A DNA stretch of 63,171 bases, filler included, from Globobulimina sp. (Eukaryota): NCBI GenBank assembly GCA_003354225.1. It is 35 parts of 35 records of this genome, joined end to end, with 100 filler letters (N's around TTAATTAATTAA, not from the genome) between each part and the next. Parts side by side here need not be neighbours in the genome. Positions count along the whole stretch, not along the records: positions 1 to 1,709 come from PIVH01012856.1; positions 1,810 to 3,518 come from PIVH01012857.1; positions 3,619 to 5,327 come from PIVH01012858.1; positions 5,428 to 7,136 come from PIVH01012859.1; positions 7,237 to 8,945 come from PIVH01012860.1; positions 9,046 to 10,754 come from PIVH01012861.1; positions 10,855 to 12,563 come from PIVH01012862.1; 28 more parts are not named here. One strand, given 5' to 3'. Both the position numbers and the translations under genes were made by a program. Under the pieces are notes generated by a model that saw nothing but the letters and a program-made list of their open reading frames with translations, was not told the origin of the DNA and made no database searches. This document shows, one piece after another, positions 1-11,317 of the stretch. Each line of letters starts with the position of its first letter. Position 1 is the first letter of the stretch.

Positions 1-88
1 AGAATCATGTTTATTATAAAAATATTGCTTAATGCTATAGCCATCATACCTGTTCAGGCCATTTTCAGAACCAAACCATAAATAACCA

Positions 89-763
89 TTATAATCTTGG
101 CCTATACACATAATTGTATTGTTTGATAGGCCATTTTCCACTCATATCCCAAAAACTTTTCCATTGCATTATTTCACCAGAAAATTTCATCAACTCGATT
201 TTCGGTAACTTGACTAATGCACGATTCGGTGCTGGAGCAGCAGCTGGGGCAGCAGCACCCGGATTATGATGAACAACTGGAGGATCGTGTGCCAGTGCAG
301 CAGCTACAGCTGTAGCAACCATTTGTGCAAGTTGCGCTGGTTCATCTCTTTGTGGTACTGGATTATCAGCAGCCGCCATTCTGGCACATTTAATTCGCAT
401 CCTGTTGCTGAATATTTTCAACTCTTGGATTGCTTCATTAACACGGTCTAATTCTGGAGCCTCGTCATCAAGTTGAAGTTGGAATTCATCGAAAGCCGCA
501 TCATTTTCTTCGGTAATATAATGATCAGCCATAGTGTTGTTTGCAGCTTCAACTTTATCCAGACAATCCTTTAAGGTAACTGCCTTAGTGTCAAGGTCAT
601 CCACTTTTTGTTCTAATTCAGCTACCCGATCGATAAATTCTGTTGCTCGTTTATCACGCAGAAGGTTGACAGCCTCTTGCAGTTTTTTGTTAAGGGCGTT
701 CTTTGTACGAGTACAAGCAGTTTTACAACTTTTTGTTGTTGGTGGCATTTTGATTGAGTACAA
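89..763 (-). mobile_element. BEL/Pao LTR retrotransposon Gag N-terminal region (DUF1759-like), truncated
   Basis: Coiled-coil followed by VKLPKIELMKFSGEIMQWKSFWDM, the typical start of BEL/Pao DUF1759; similarity is lost right after FWDM. Confidence 0.75.
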
Positions 764-842
764 GAAGATTTGTCTGAGGACAAGAAAAATTTGTCAGAGG
801 ACAAGATGATTTGTCAGAAGACAAGAAAATTGTGACTGAGTT
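761..842. repeat. Degenerate 20-21 bp tandem repeat (~4 copies, CAAGAxxATTTGTCxGAxGA) immediately 5' of the gag ORF
   Basis: Units start at 761, 781, 802 and 822. Confidence 0.85.
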
Positions 843-1709
843 CAAAATTGAGGACAAATGTATAATTAAAATGCTTGTTGTAATGTGTATGTAATGTAGT
901 TGTTTATTACACACAAGAAATACTAAATAATTTTCAATATCACAATTTCTCAATAATACCAACCAATCCAAAAAAAGAACCTGAAAAATCCTCAAATACT
1001 TTGTCAATCTTTAGCAAAAATGTCCAAATACTCGTCAGCAGTTGGAAAAAATTACAAAAAAGAGAGAAAATATCTGAAGAAAAAGGAGGGAATTTTTAGG
1101 AGGGGAAAATATTAGAAAAAATGAAGAAAATTTGAGAAAAAATGGCCAAAAGAAAATTGAATATACAAATTAGGGACTATTTGTATAAACAAAAAATTGT
1201 ATGCAATTTGGGGTTCGACTTGCACAGAAAAAATTGAAAAAAGCATTAATTTTGACCAAAAAAATGTCGATTTTGTGAATTTATGGCAAATTTGTGAGAC
1301 ACTTTTTGTGAGTTGTTTGTATTAGGTACTGCACCTTTAACACTTCAGCAGTACAGTACTGATTTATGTGACACCTGTTTATGAGCAATATATGGAAACG
1401 TTTTTAGGTAACACTCTAAATTAATAGTTATTACCTGTTTGAATAGGGAAAATTTCAATTGACTGGACCGACGTTTTTGCACTTCTTCTTCAATGAAAAT
1501 GGCAACAAAAATGGGTCACAAATGGATGGATAGGGCCTGTATTTGTTCACTTCTTCGTTGTTGTATGTAGTGACACAAAAAGGACCTGAAAATATAAACA
1601 AATTTATATTTTATAAGTAAAATACGTTTCCCTAAACTTCTAAAAGAAATGATATAGTTTCCGTTTCCTAAAAAAGCTCCTAATTGATATTTTAAAAGCC
1701 AGAAAAGAA

Positions 1710-1809
1710 NNNNNNNNNNNNNNNNNNNNNNNNNNNNNNNNNNNNNNNNNNNNTTAATTAATTAANNNNNNNNNNNNNNNNNNNNNNNNNNNNNNNNNNN
1801 NNNNNNNNN
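1710..1809. other. Artificial contig linker (N-run + TTAATTAATTAA + N-run); first of 34 such linkers separating 35 contigs of ~1.7 kb
   Basis: Same 100-nt spacer recurs every ~1.8 kb; TTAATTAATTAA gives stops in all six frames; contig lengths fall steadily from 1709 to 1706. Confidence 0.98.
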
Positions 1810-1811
1810 CC

Positions 1812-2360
1812 TATATTGGATGTCTGCATCATGTTCATCCATTGCAAATTGTCACAACTGTGGAGACGACATGGTTGCTCCGGTTTAATGGGGGAGGTCC
1901 GAAATCGCCAGTTTTTGACAGTAACAAAGCAATGTTTCAAACTGAAATGGCCACTGCGAATAATGCGTCGTCAGAGGCGCAGATTGTGTACGAAGACCAA
2001 AAAGAGGAGAAAAATAAAAGAGAGACGGAAGTGGAGCACGGTGAGGTTGGCCATGCGTTGGAGACTGATGTTGCTGTTATTGGTGAACAACAAACCAACG
2101 GGAGCACCGATGCAGAGTTTGTCTGTTCTTCGCCGCGGAGAAAGAAGTATGCGAATGACCCACAAATACCATTATCGCCGGGCAAAGCTGGCGTTGTTAG
2201 CATTGGTGTGGCGGAGAGCGATGATGAGACTTATTATGAAGATGAGTATTATGAGGAAGATGGGGATGGATTTGAGAATAATGAGAGAGAACAGGATGAC
2301 ACTTATTATGAAGATGAATATTATGATGAGGACGGATTTGATGTTGAAACAAGGAAATAA
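1812..2360 (+). CDS. Acidic low-complexity hypothetical protein (5' partial) with duplicated DxTYYEDEYYxEDG motif
   Basis: Open frame from contig start; D/E/Y-rich C-terminus with internal duplication. Confidence 0.45.
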   Translation, partial: YIGCLHHVHPLQIVTTVETTWLLRFNGGGPKSPVFDSNKAMFQTEMATANNASSEAQIVYEDQKEEKNKRETEVEHGEVGHALETDVAVIGEQQTNGSTDAEFVCSSPRRKKYANDPQIPLSPGKAGVVSIGVAESDDETYYEDEYYEEDGDGFENNEREQDDTYYEDEYYDEDGFDVETRK

Positions 2361-3216
2361 ATGATGTTAGATGTTATGTATAGTTTTATTATTTTTTCAT
2401 ATAACGAGGATTGTCAAGAATGCAACACTTGGCACATACAAAAAAAAGTGTTGCTAATGTTTCTATTTTTGATGTGAATTGCTTTTGATTTTATTTTTTG
2501 ATGTGATTTTTTGTTGCATTCTTTCCAATTTTTTATTGACGTATTTTTTTGTGTGTGTTTTATTACTTACTTACAGACGTTTTGTTTTTTGTTTTATTAT
2601 GTATTAACAGCGTTAGATGGCTGATATTATAATTAACGTTTTAGATGAGATGTAATTAAATTAAAAATAGGAAAAATGAATGTATTGTTAAAGCTAAAAA
2701 CAAGTTATTAAAAAATATAACATACAAATATGCAAAAGTGTTGGTCGACTGTTCCACCACACGAATAAAATTTACATTCAAACTGTTTTTTATCATTCTA
2801 CAAAACCATCCCTCTTTGATATACCTAAAACCGTACTGGCAAAAGACAGGTACCATTCACTGCAATTGTCAACAATTTCGATCCAAAATTTGAATCTACC
2901 TGAATCTGATAGAGGTTCTGGAGCAATAACAATAACCAATAAATCATTCCCTTTCCATAATGGTAACACCATCGACGTATTATAGTGTATGTAAGCAACA
3001 AATAATGTAAAATACCGAATACAACACACCGTTGTGAGAAATTACTCAAATTACACAGGAGATACATAGTGGTTGTCACCATAGAAAGGGACTGACGATT
3101 TGTTGCCATCATCAGTGTTGCCATCAATTTTTGCATTTTGGATCGAAACTGTTGCAAAACAAAATTATTTTTATTTAGAACCCTGACACATTCGTTCGAC
3201 CACGAACTAATTCGCG

Positions 3217-3518
3217 ATGGCGAATCACCAGCAACACACAAATGAGAATATAACAACAAATACAATTGCAAGCAAACCAAGCATTGATTTTAATTTTTTT
3301 TTAAACACAGAAATAAATGACAGTAAGAACTGCGTAGTAAATGAATGCAAATCAGTTCAAAGAGTGATGAAAGCGTTGATGTACTACGAAAGCTTAAATA
3401 ACACAAAACAGGAAAACAGCAACGGACAGGCAATATTCAGTGCGTTTTTAGTGGAAATTTATAAACATTATTTAGATGATATTTGTCATATTGTTGTAGG
3501 GCATGACGGCGATTTGGA
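3217..3518 (+). CDS. Hypothetical protein, 3' truncated
   Basis: ATG-started ORF open to contig end with protein-like composition. Confidence 0.5.
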
Positions 3519-3649
3519 NNNNNNNNNNNNNNNNNNNNNNNNNNNNNNNNNNNNNNNNNNNNTTAATTAATTAANNNNNNNNNNNNNNNNNNNNNNNNNN
3601 NNNNNNNNNNNNNNNNNNTAAATTACCTAAAAAAAAGGATACAAACTAT

Positions 3650-4552
3650 TTATTGAATAATACAACGATTTTGCTTCTCAATTCTTCCAATAACAAACTT
3701 AAAAAATAATTTCTGTGCATTTTTCGAATGAAATTTAAAATGTTGGTCGCATATTTTCCCACCATTCGCAATGATGCATTGTTTGCCCGCCGGATGAAAG
3801 GGCAAAAACGAGGTTACATCCAATACCAATCCATTCACAATAATCCAACATGAATCTGTATGCGCATGTTTTCCCATTTCATGCAAACTTATTAACGGCA
3901 AATTATGTCTGCGGCCAAATGAATGATAGTTTTTATTATGATATGCTGGCAATATTTTCTTTGGAATTCGCATACATTGCTTTCGATGAGCTTTGGTATG
4001 CGATATCGACATACTTTTTTCTTTATCATTACTTAATAACAACGCGTTTGTTATTTGTGTTTTACATTTTGTCCATTTTATGTTGTTGACGACAGCAATC
4101 TCTTTGAAGCAGATTGTATTTTGTTGATTATTCAGATTACTATCACCGTAAAACAATAATATTGGATTCTGTGAGGACTCTTTGATTTTATTGATATGAT
4201 TTAGTATTTTCTCGCATATTTTATATTTATTATTTTTATTGGCTTTCACAAATATGCTCCAAATGTTAATATCAATAATATTATCTTTTAATTTTGAGAT
4301 ATGTGTCAATTGAATGCTATATTTATAGTAAAACATCAGAGCGAATAAATGAGAGAGACTCAATTTAAAATTATCGTTTAACAGTAGTTTTAGATCAATC
4401 ACATCGTGGAATATTTGTTTTAATCTCGAAATTAAATTATTATTTGATAAACAACACAATGCATATTGTAAATCTTTCCGTATTGCCGGCATGGATACAT
4501 TTAATTGTTTCGATGTATTTAATAACGTAATTCCTTTAAATGTATTGGACAT
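3650..4552 (-). CDS. Cytochrome b5 heme-binding domain protein with C-terminal CaaX (CIIQ)
   Basis: KHAHTDSCWIIVNGLVLDVTSFLPFHPAG...FKFHS: b5 fold with both heme-ligand His. Confidence 0.85.
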   Translation of the reverse strand: MSNTFKGITLLNTSKQLNVSMPAIRKDLQYALCCLSNNNLISRLKQIFHDVIDLKLLLNDNFKLSLSHLFALMFYYKYSIQLTHISKLKDNIIDINIWSIFVKANKNNKYKICEKILNHINKIKESSQNPILLFYGDSNLNNQQNTICFKEIAVVNNIKWTKCKTQITNALLLSNDKEKSMSISHTKAHRKQCMRIPKKILPAYHNKNYHSFGRRHNLPLISLHEMGKHAHTDSCWIIVNGLVLDVTSFLPFHPAGKQCIIANGGKICDQHFKFHSKNAQKLFFKFVIGRIEKQNRCIIQ

Positions 4553-4861
4553 ATTTGTTTATAATTAATTGGAGCAATGCAAAAGTACTTAGTGGAAATG
4601 CTACTATTAATGAAAAAAACCTGTGGGTTTATAAAATTAAAAACAAATTCAACCGTTGACCACACAAATACAAGCAAACAAAATAACAAATTAATGGTAC
4701 ACAGTGTGATCCAAACATATTAACACATATTATATTTCGAGAGGATGTAATGTATATTTGAATGAATAACATCAATATTATCCTTGCACATTTACGATGT
4801 AAACTAAAATAAACCAACACCTCTTTACAAAATATAACAGTGATATATGACTCGTATGATA

Positions 4862-5327
4862 TCATAATAATACACAACAACATATCGATTTTTTTTGCTT
4901 TGCAATGCCAGAATCTAAAAATTGTTTTATTGCAGTTTCAAAACACAAATCAACATTAAACCGTTGCTTTGCTGATGTTTCCACATAGGCACAGGCACCA
5001 ATTTTATTTTGATATTGCAATATTTCATCTTTTGCTATAACTTCATGTGAATCGTCCTTCAAATCAGCTTTTGTGCCCACTAAAATGATTAAAGCCTCCG
5101 GAGCATGATGTTGGATCTCTGGAATCCATTTAAATGCTATATTTTGAAAGGACGACTTTGAAACAATACTAAAACATAATAAAAATACATCTGTGTTCCT
5201 ATAGGCTAAGATGCGTAATCTGTCAAACTGTTCCTGGCCAGCCGTGTCCCACAAATCCAACGATATCGGCAATTCTTCTCCGTGCATTTCTATTGTTTTC
5301 TCAATGGTGACATTTTCAAATATGGTG
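4862..5327 (-). CDS. Rho/Rac-family small GTPase (5' partial)
   Basis: LWDTAGQE, RLRILAY, LVGTKADL, YVETSAK motifs; CVLL CaaX end. Confidence 0.95.
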
Positions 5328-5427
5328 NNNNNNNNNNNNNNNNNNNNNNNNNNNNNNNNNNNNNNNNNNNNTTAATTAATTAANNNNNNNNNNNNNNNNN
5401 NNNNNNNNNNNNNNNNNNNNNNNNNNN

Positions 5428-5961
5428 GGAATATCCAATCAATTATTTGCAGCAAAAAACTTTAAATATTTAGAATTTTTTGAGTTGAAAGTTATTGAAA
5501 ATATTCAAAGTACAAAGTTCAATGAGATAATTACAAAACAATTGGTGCCTTTTTTAATAAAACACGAAAATATGGGCGGAAATTTAAAATGTATGCAATT
5601 TGAATTAAAAATATGTTTACGGGATATGGACATTGATACAGTGTATGAAGATTATTATAAACCAATCATTTTATTATTGAATAATGTGCCGAAATCATTA
5701 CAAAAATTAACATTTAATTATGGAAATGGCTTGAATGCACTTAAAAAAAATAAGAAGAAATATGAGAAATATTCAATGGAATTCGTGAAATGTTTGGTTA
5801 AATTATCAGCGGATAAACAAAACAATTTGGAAATGATACAATTTAATGGATTATGTCTTGATTTTTCATCACAAAGATTTCTTCAATTTTATTTTGGATT
5901 TAATAATAATTATTTTCATGAAAATAGAAACCGTACTGACTATCAACTATTGTTTCTCTAA
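5428..5961 (+). CDS. Hypothetical protein C-terminal fragment (weakly LRR-like)
   Basis: Open frame with LxxLxF-type repeats. Confidence 0.45.
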   Translation, partial: GISNQLFAAKNFKYLEFFELKVIENIQSTKFNEIITKQLVPFLIKHENMGGNLKCMQFELKICLRDMDIDTVYEDYYKPIILLLNNVPKSLQKLTFNYGNGLNALKKNKKKYEKYSMEFVKCLVKLSADKQNNLEMIQFNGLCLDFSSQRFLQFYFGFNNNYFHENRNRTDYQLLFL

Positions 5962-6039
5962 ATGACTTAAAGCATATAACGTTCAGAAAAGTGTTTTTAT
6001 AGTTTACATATAAGATTTTTACATCATTGATTGGTCGAA

Positions 6040-7136
6040 TTACTTGAAAATTGCTAACTGTGTTGTAATATTTTTCCAATAATTTAATGAAGTTGAGCTA
6101 CTTTGAACTCTTGAATCACCCCAAGGCGGGCAGGCCCAGCCATGATTACACCAATCTTCATTTATATAAGTCCATGCCCAGAAATTATATCCACGCACAA
6201 CATTATAGACTCTATTCAAATAATCATCGAATGAATTGGAAGCTGTTGTCAGCTGGGTTTTGAACTGCTGACTCACTAATCATTAATGACTTATTTTGGC
6301 TTTGGGCCCACTCAATGGATGCTTTTAAATTTGGGTCAATCAATTGTCTGCATGTTGTATTAAGTAAATAAACAAACATAAAGTATCATACATTCATTAT
6401 ACAAACCCAGGACAATTTGTGGTGGAACCAACAGGTAAACAAACATCATTGTTAAATACACTGAAACCAATATAATCAACATGTGCAGCTCCGGGATATA
6501 AACCTTGTGTGTCTGCGGTGCCACGTACTGAATGGTACACATATTCCGCATTAGAAACACCGGCTGTTTTCATTTTGGATACAATACGATTATAAGCATT
6601 GTGATAATTTGCATTATCGATATCAGATTGTTCATAGCCATTTTGACAACCTATCATTGTCATTTTTAAATATATACAATATATGTAGCATAAGCAGAGC
6701 ATACCAGTTGTATATTTATAAGAGAATATGAATTGAGATACTTCATAACCAACACGTATTAACCATTTCAAATTTGAATATTGTTTAATGAGAGCAGCCA
6801 ACTCTGATATTTGAGAGTCATATTCGCCATTTGCAATTTGTCCTAAATATTCATAGATAATATTACATTGATTTTGGGTGTAAGATTCTTTTAAACTGAG
6901 TCCTAATTCTGCATAGGAGCCTGGGTATGTACTATTTACATATTCTACAAACGGCGCACCATCACCTGGATTGGAAGAAAAAAGTTAGAACATTACTTCT
7001 ATTGTAGACTTATTACTTATATACCTTGGAATGCTGATGGTGTTTTAAAAGTTGTATAAAACGATGCACCATCTGGTGCACCTGCAGCACTTACGTAAGA
7101 CTCAAATTCTGTTTGATAATTTTGACCAATTAATAT
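6040..7136 (-). CDS. Glycoside hydrolase family 26, beta-1,3-xylanase-like; 3 introns (6966-7024, 6651-6704, 6348-6406) and an apparent 1-nt frameshift near 6245; 5' partial
   Basis: Spliced product contains LIGQ, IRVGYEV (acid/base Glu), LYPGAAHVDYIGFS, LMISES (nucleophile Glu), YINEDW and WGDSRVQ. Confidence 0.75.
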
Positions 7137-7368
7137 NNNNNNNNNNNNNNNNNNNNNNNNNNNNNNNNNNNNNNNNNNNNTTAATTAATTAANNNNNNNN
7201 NNNNNNNNNNNNNNNNNNNNNNNNNNNNNNNNNNNNTTATTTTCAAGTTAATTTCAAGTTTGTTTCTGACTTGTGTCTGTATATTGTTTTTGCGACATCT
7301 AATTTTGTATATGAATAAATTTATTTTAAGAACAATTGATATCGATATCGATCACAAATACATATTTT

Positions 7369-8859
7369 TCATTGTAAAGGCAAGAAACATTGTAATAATT
7401 TAGAAAAGCCACCAACGACAATAATACCAGCGCCATTATTTACAGTTGGACAGGTTGCAATGCATGAAATATGTTCATCAAAATCTACATTCAGTTCCGA
7501 ATGCAAAATATACCACATCACATATTCCAATATAATTTCTACAATATCTCCAATATTCTCATATAATTTAACTAAATCCTCTGCATATCCTTCCATTGCC
7601 TCTGTTAATAATTTCAAAACAATTTGGCTATCCCGAATATCATAAATGGCAGATAAATATAACACTTTTCCTTTATCACAACTTGCAATCACTGTGGTAC
7701 TGTTTATCCACGCAACATGGCTAATATTTGCATCATTCACTACAATCTGTTTACATAATAAAATCCATTTTATGTCACTCTCTCCTTTCAAACTTACATA
7801 GTATATATTATACGTATTATCATCCGAACCAATCACAATAAATTGCCCATTCTCCGACATTTGAATACATGATATATCCGCACCAAACTGACCAAACATT
7901 TGTTGTAACAAAATTGGTTTATATTTACCTCTGTTTTGTGTACATTGTGTTTTGCTATGTTTTTGTTGCGTTAATTGACCAAATTTGTAACCTGCAATGC
8001 TTGCAATGGCTGATACGTTGGACATATTTGATAATAATTCATTTAGATCTTCATCCATCACATATTCATTTGCTTCATTATAATCCTTTTCATCGTCAAA
8101 ATCGTTTTCGATGATGTTTGAAATATCATAAATGAATATATTCCCATCCATTGTTGCAAAGGTCACAATATTTTTTGTGTCATATATCGTATGATGAAAA
8201 CATAAAATATCATTATTGTGTTCTATTTTAGAAACTAATTTTTTTACAATAAAATTATAAATATAAACATTGCCATCTCCTGAACTGAATATAATATGTT
8301 TGTCGTCAATAAATATGGCACCGGATATATATTTTTTAGCTAATTTCACTTCATTAAATATAGGAGCTTCCGAATTAAAATCAACTTGATATATAAATAG
8401 TGATTTATCAATACACGTTGCCACATAACGACAACTTGGATGTAATGACAATGTATAACATAATGAAGAATCTAAATAAATGGTACACAATCTAGTGGTA
8501 GTAATTAGAAACGGTTTGGAGTTTTTATGTTTCTTTCTCGCAGATTTGTTATTTTGTGAAGGCGCATGTACTGAAGATAAAGATTTCGATTTTGTTAATG
8601 ATGATTGTGACTGGGCATTTAATATTTTTTCTCTGTCATGTTTCTGTTCTTCTGTTTCAATTAAGATTTCATGAATAAATAAGTTACCATCAGCTGAACA
8701 ACTCGCTACCCAAATTTCATTATCATTCACCTTGTTTGGAACAATAACATCACATCCGAATAATTTATTTTTATGAGCGCGGATCATAAATGTCTGAATA
8801 TTATCTTTACTCCATCGCTGTTGTAAGGCGGATTGTGTCGTAGACTTGGCATTGCCCAT
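7369..8859 (-). CDS. WD40 beta-propeller protein, G-protein beta-like, with N-myristoylation motif MGNAKS
   Basis: RAHKNKL...VASCSADGNLFI, SSGDGNVYIYN, GSDDNTYNIY repeats; the first two repeats resemble G-beta. Confidence 0.75.
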   Translation of the reverse strand: MGNAKSTTQSALQQRWSKDNIQTFMIRAHKNKLFGCDVIVPNKVNDNEIWVASCSADGNLFIHEILIETEEQKHDREKILNAQSQSSLTKSKSLSSVHAPSQNNKSARKKHKNSKPFLITTTRLCTIYLDSSLCYTLSLHPSCRYVATCIDKSLFIYQVDFNSEAPIFNEVKLAKKYISGAIFIDDKHIIFSSGDGNVYIYNFIVKKLVSKIEHNNDILCFHHTIYDTKNIVTFATMDGNIFIYDISNIIENDFDDEKDYNEANEYVMDEDLNELLSNMSNVSAIASIAGYKFGQLTQQKHSKTQCTQNRGKYKPILLQQMFGQFGADISCIQMSENGQFIVIGSDDNTYNIYYVSLKGESDIKWILLCKQIVVNDANISHVAWINSTTVIASCDKGKVLYLSAIYDIRDSQIVLKLLTEAMEGYAEDLVKLYENIGDIVEIILEYVMWYILHSELNVDFDEHISCIATCPTVNNGAGIIVVGGFSKLLQCFLPLQ

Positions 8860-9045
8860 TTTTTTTAGAGAACACGCTAAACGACGAACATTGGTTGGTA
8901 CACTAAAAGCGTTTTTGACAAATGTTTGTTACTTCAGTTGTTGGANNNNNNNNNNNNNNNNNNNNNNNNNNNNNNNNNNNNNNNNNNNNTTAATTAATTA
9001 ANNNNNNNNNNNNNNNNNNNNNNNNNNNNNNNNNNNNNNNNNNNN

Positions 9046-10754
9046 CTATGACCCAAATTATATCCCACCTACTCAGCCCCTAATAAATGAATTGTATGAT
9101 CTTGAACATTCGGAACAAAACGCAAATTCTGACAGTGATGATGATGTAATTCAGGATTTACTACAACAAACACCCGGATATTTACCTGATCGTACCATAA
9201 ATGCTGAAGAGGATGAAAAAATGCATGAATTAAACAATAGTAATAATACGAATAAAAATAAAAATAAAAGTAAGAAATATAAATCCATTGAGATGGCACT
9301 GTCTCGCGCAAATCCAAATAGTGCCCCAGGATATGATGGATTAAAAACAATTCATCTTAAAACAAACCCAAATGAAATGAACCAAATATTGTGCATACTA
9401 TTTAATGTCTGGAACCAATCTTATTTCATTCCATTTTACTGTAGATTGGGGTCAATAATCCCAATTTTAAAAACAAAAACAGGCAGCACACCCAACGAAT
9501 ACAGACCCATTACATTATTACCTATCATTTTTAAAACATATGAACGCTTAATTCTGTGGGAAATGTGCATTTCACACAAATTCAGACACAATTTACACAT
9601 TTTACAGGGAGGGAACAGAGCTAAAAGAGGTGTACCTGAACAGATTGGCACACTCAATTTAATTGCAGAGACTGCTAAAATGAATAACAAACCCTTATAC
9701 AGTGCCCTATTAGATATCAGAAAAGCTTTTGACACAGTTTGGAGGAAAGGACTCCTCTACAAACTGCACACTCATTTTAATATACCATTACATATTTGCA
9801 AAATATTAAAAGCCATTTATACAAACTCCCAATCTGCCATACGAGATATCCCTTTCATCACTAATAAATTCCTTCTACATAATGGTGTGTTACAAGGGTC
9901 CGTACTGTCCCCTGTCCTCTATGCAGCCTTTCTTAATGATCTAATTGGTGAGCTACAAGAGTCAAATTGTGGCGCAATGTCACCAGATCCCATTGAAAAT
10001 ATCGCGTGTGTACTATACGCCGATGACATAATATTGACTGCGAATAAAGTCTCTCATCTGAATAAATTATTAAAAATATGCCAGAAACACAGTGATAATT
10101 GGAATTATAAATTCAATGATAAAAAATGTAAAACAATAATCTATAATGATAAAACAATAAATAAAAATAACCTTAATTCATATAACATTCACGATATATT
10201 ATTACTGAATAATGAATACCATGACCATAATGAAATAAATACTAATAAACCCACGCCCATGTTCTTAATACAAAAACCGATGAATAACACTGTTCTTGCG
10301 ATCAACATACATAATAAAATACGCCATTATGACATATCAGAAATACCACAAAAACATCTAAATAATTTCATGGATCATATTGATTTTTATAAAGACATCA
10401 CAAATAAGCCATTCCCCATACTTTGGGATAACATACGATATGACAGAAAGTATATTACGTCGGTGATGCATCTAAAATTGCAACTCAACGGAAAGAAGAT
10501 GCACTGCACAACATACATCAGATATCTTGGTGCAATGTTGTGCAGTTATGACGAGACTAACTTAGTGTCGACTGACTTTACAAACAAACATTTTTAAAAA
10601 AAACTTGATAACAAAGCAAATATTTTATCCAATTTAGATTTCAATCACAAATACATCTCCCTTGATGATAAAATACGTATCTTAAAAACATTCTATTTAG
10701 TATACACTGAAATATTTGCACAAGTCCTAGATTGTGACAAAATAAAACTAAAAG
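9046..10754 (+). mobile_element. Non-LTR retrotransposon (LINE) reverse transcriptase ORF, partial at both ends, one in-frame TAA at 10595
   Basis: SAPGYDG, YRPITLL, LDIRKAFDTV, GVLQGSVLSP, LYADD, YIRYLG; frame continues past TAA as KKLDNKANILS...LDDKIRILKTF. Confidence 0.95.
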
Positions 10755-10853
10755 NNNNNNNNNNNNNNNNNNNNNNNNNNNNNNNNNNNNNNNNNNNNTT
10801 AATTAATTAANNNNNNNNNNNNNNNNNNNNNNNNNNNNNNNNNNNNNNNNNNN

Positions 10854-11241
10854 NGTAACAAACTTAGCGTATTCTCATGTTTCTCTCAATGATTTAGATC
10901 AAGGAATGGATAGTGATGATTATTATTTTGATAATGTTGAGACCCCTCAAAATCAATCACAATCAGGCGGATTCTTTCATAGTCCATCCAATAATATTAA
11001 GGAATATCATGACAACAAAACAGAACCGCAAGAAACAAAAAAAGAAGAACATGTACACAGCAAAGAATGTCAGATTCAGAATAGCAAACATCAAGAAAAC
11101 AGAATAGAACTAGTCCTGATGGAAAACAAGAAAAAAGTTCGCCACAGGAATACGAATACGATCACAAAGGTTATGATAACACCACCACATAAACTTAATA
11201 AAAGCTCAGATAGTGATTTTGAAGGAGACGTTGTGTCGTAA
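10854..11241 (+). CDS. Low-complexity hypothetical protein C-terminal fragment
   Basis: Open frame ending at 11241, convergent with the peroxidase gene. Confidence 0.45.
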
Positions 11242-11317
11242 GTTTCATTTTGATATTTTCTTAAATAGAAAAGATAAATAAATTAAAATTATAATAAAAA
11301 AATGTCAATCAGTCAAA

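Noticed and set aside
2656-3280. Minus-strand ORF cluster as a gene
   Set aside because: No domain, inconsistent frames and overlap with the better plus-strand ORF.
9046-10754. Bacterial retron, group II intron or DGR reverse transcriptase
   Set aside because: SAPGYDG/YRPITLL/GVLQGSVLSP/RYLG motifs are non-LTR-type, and no ncRNA or template repeat is seen.
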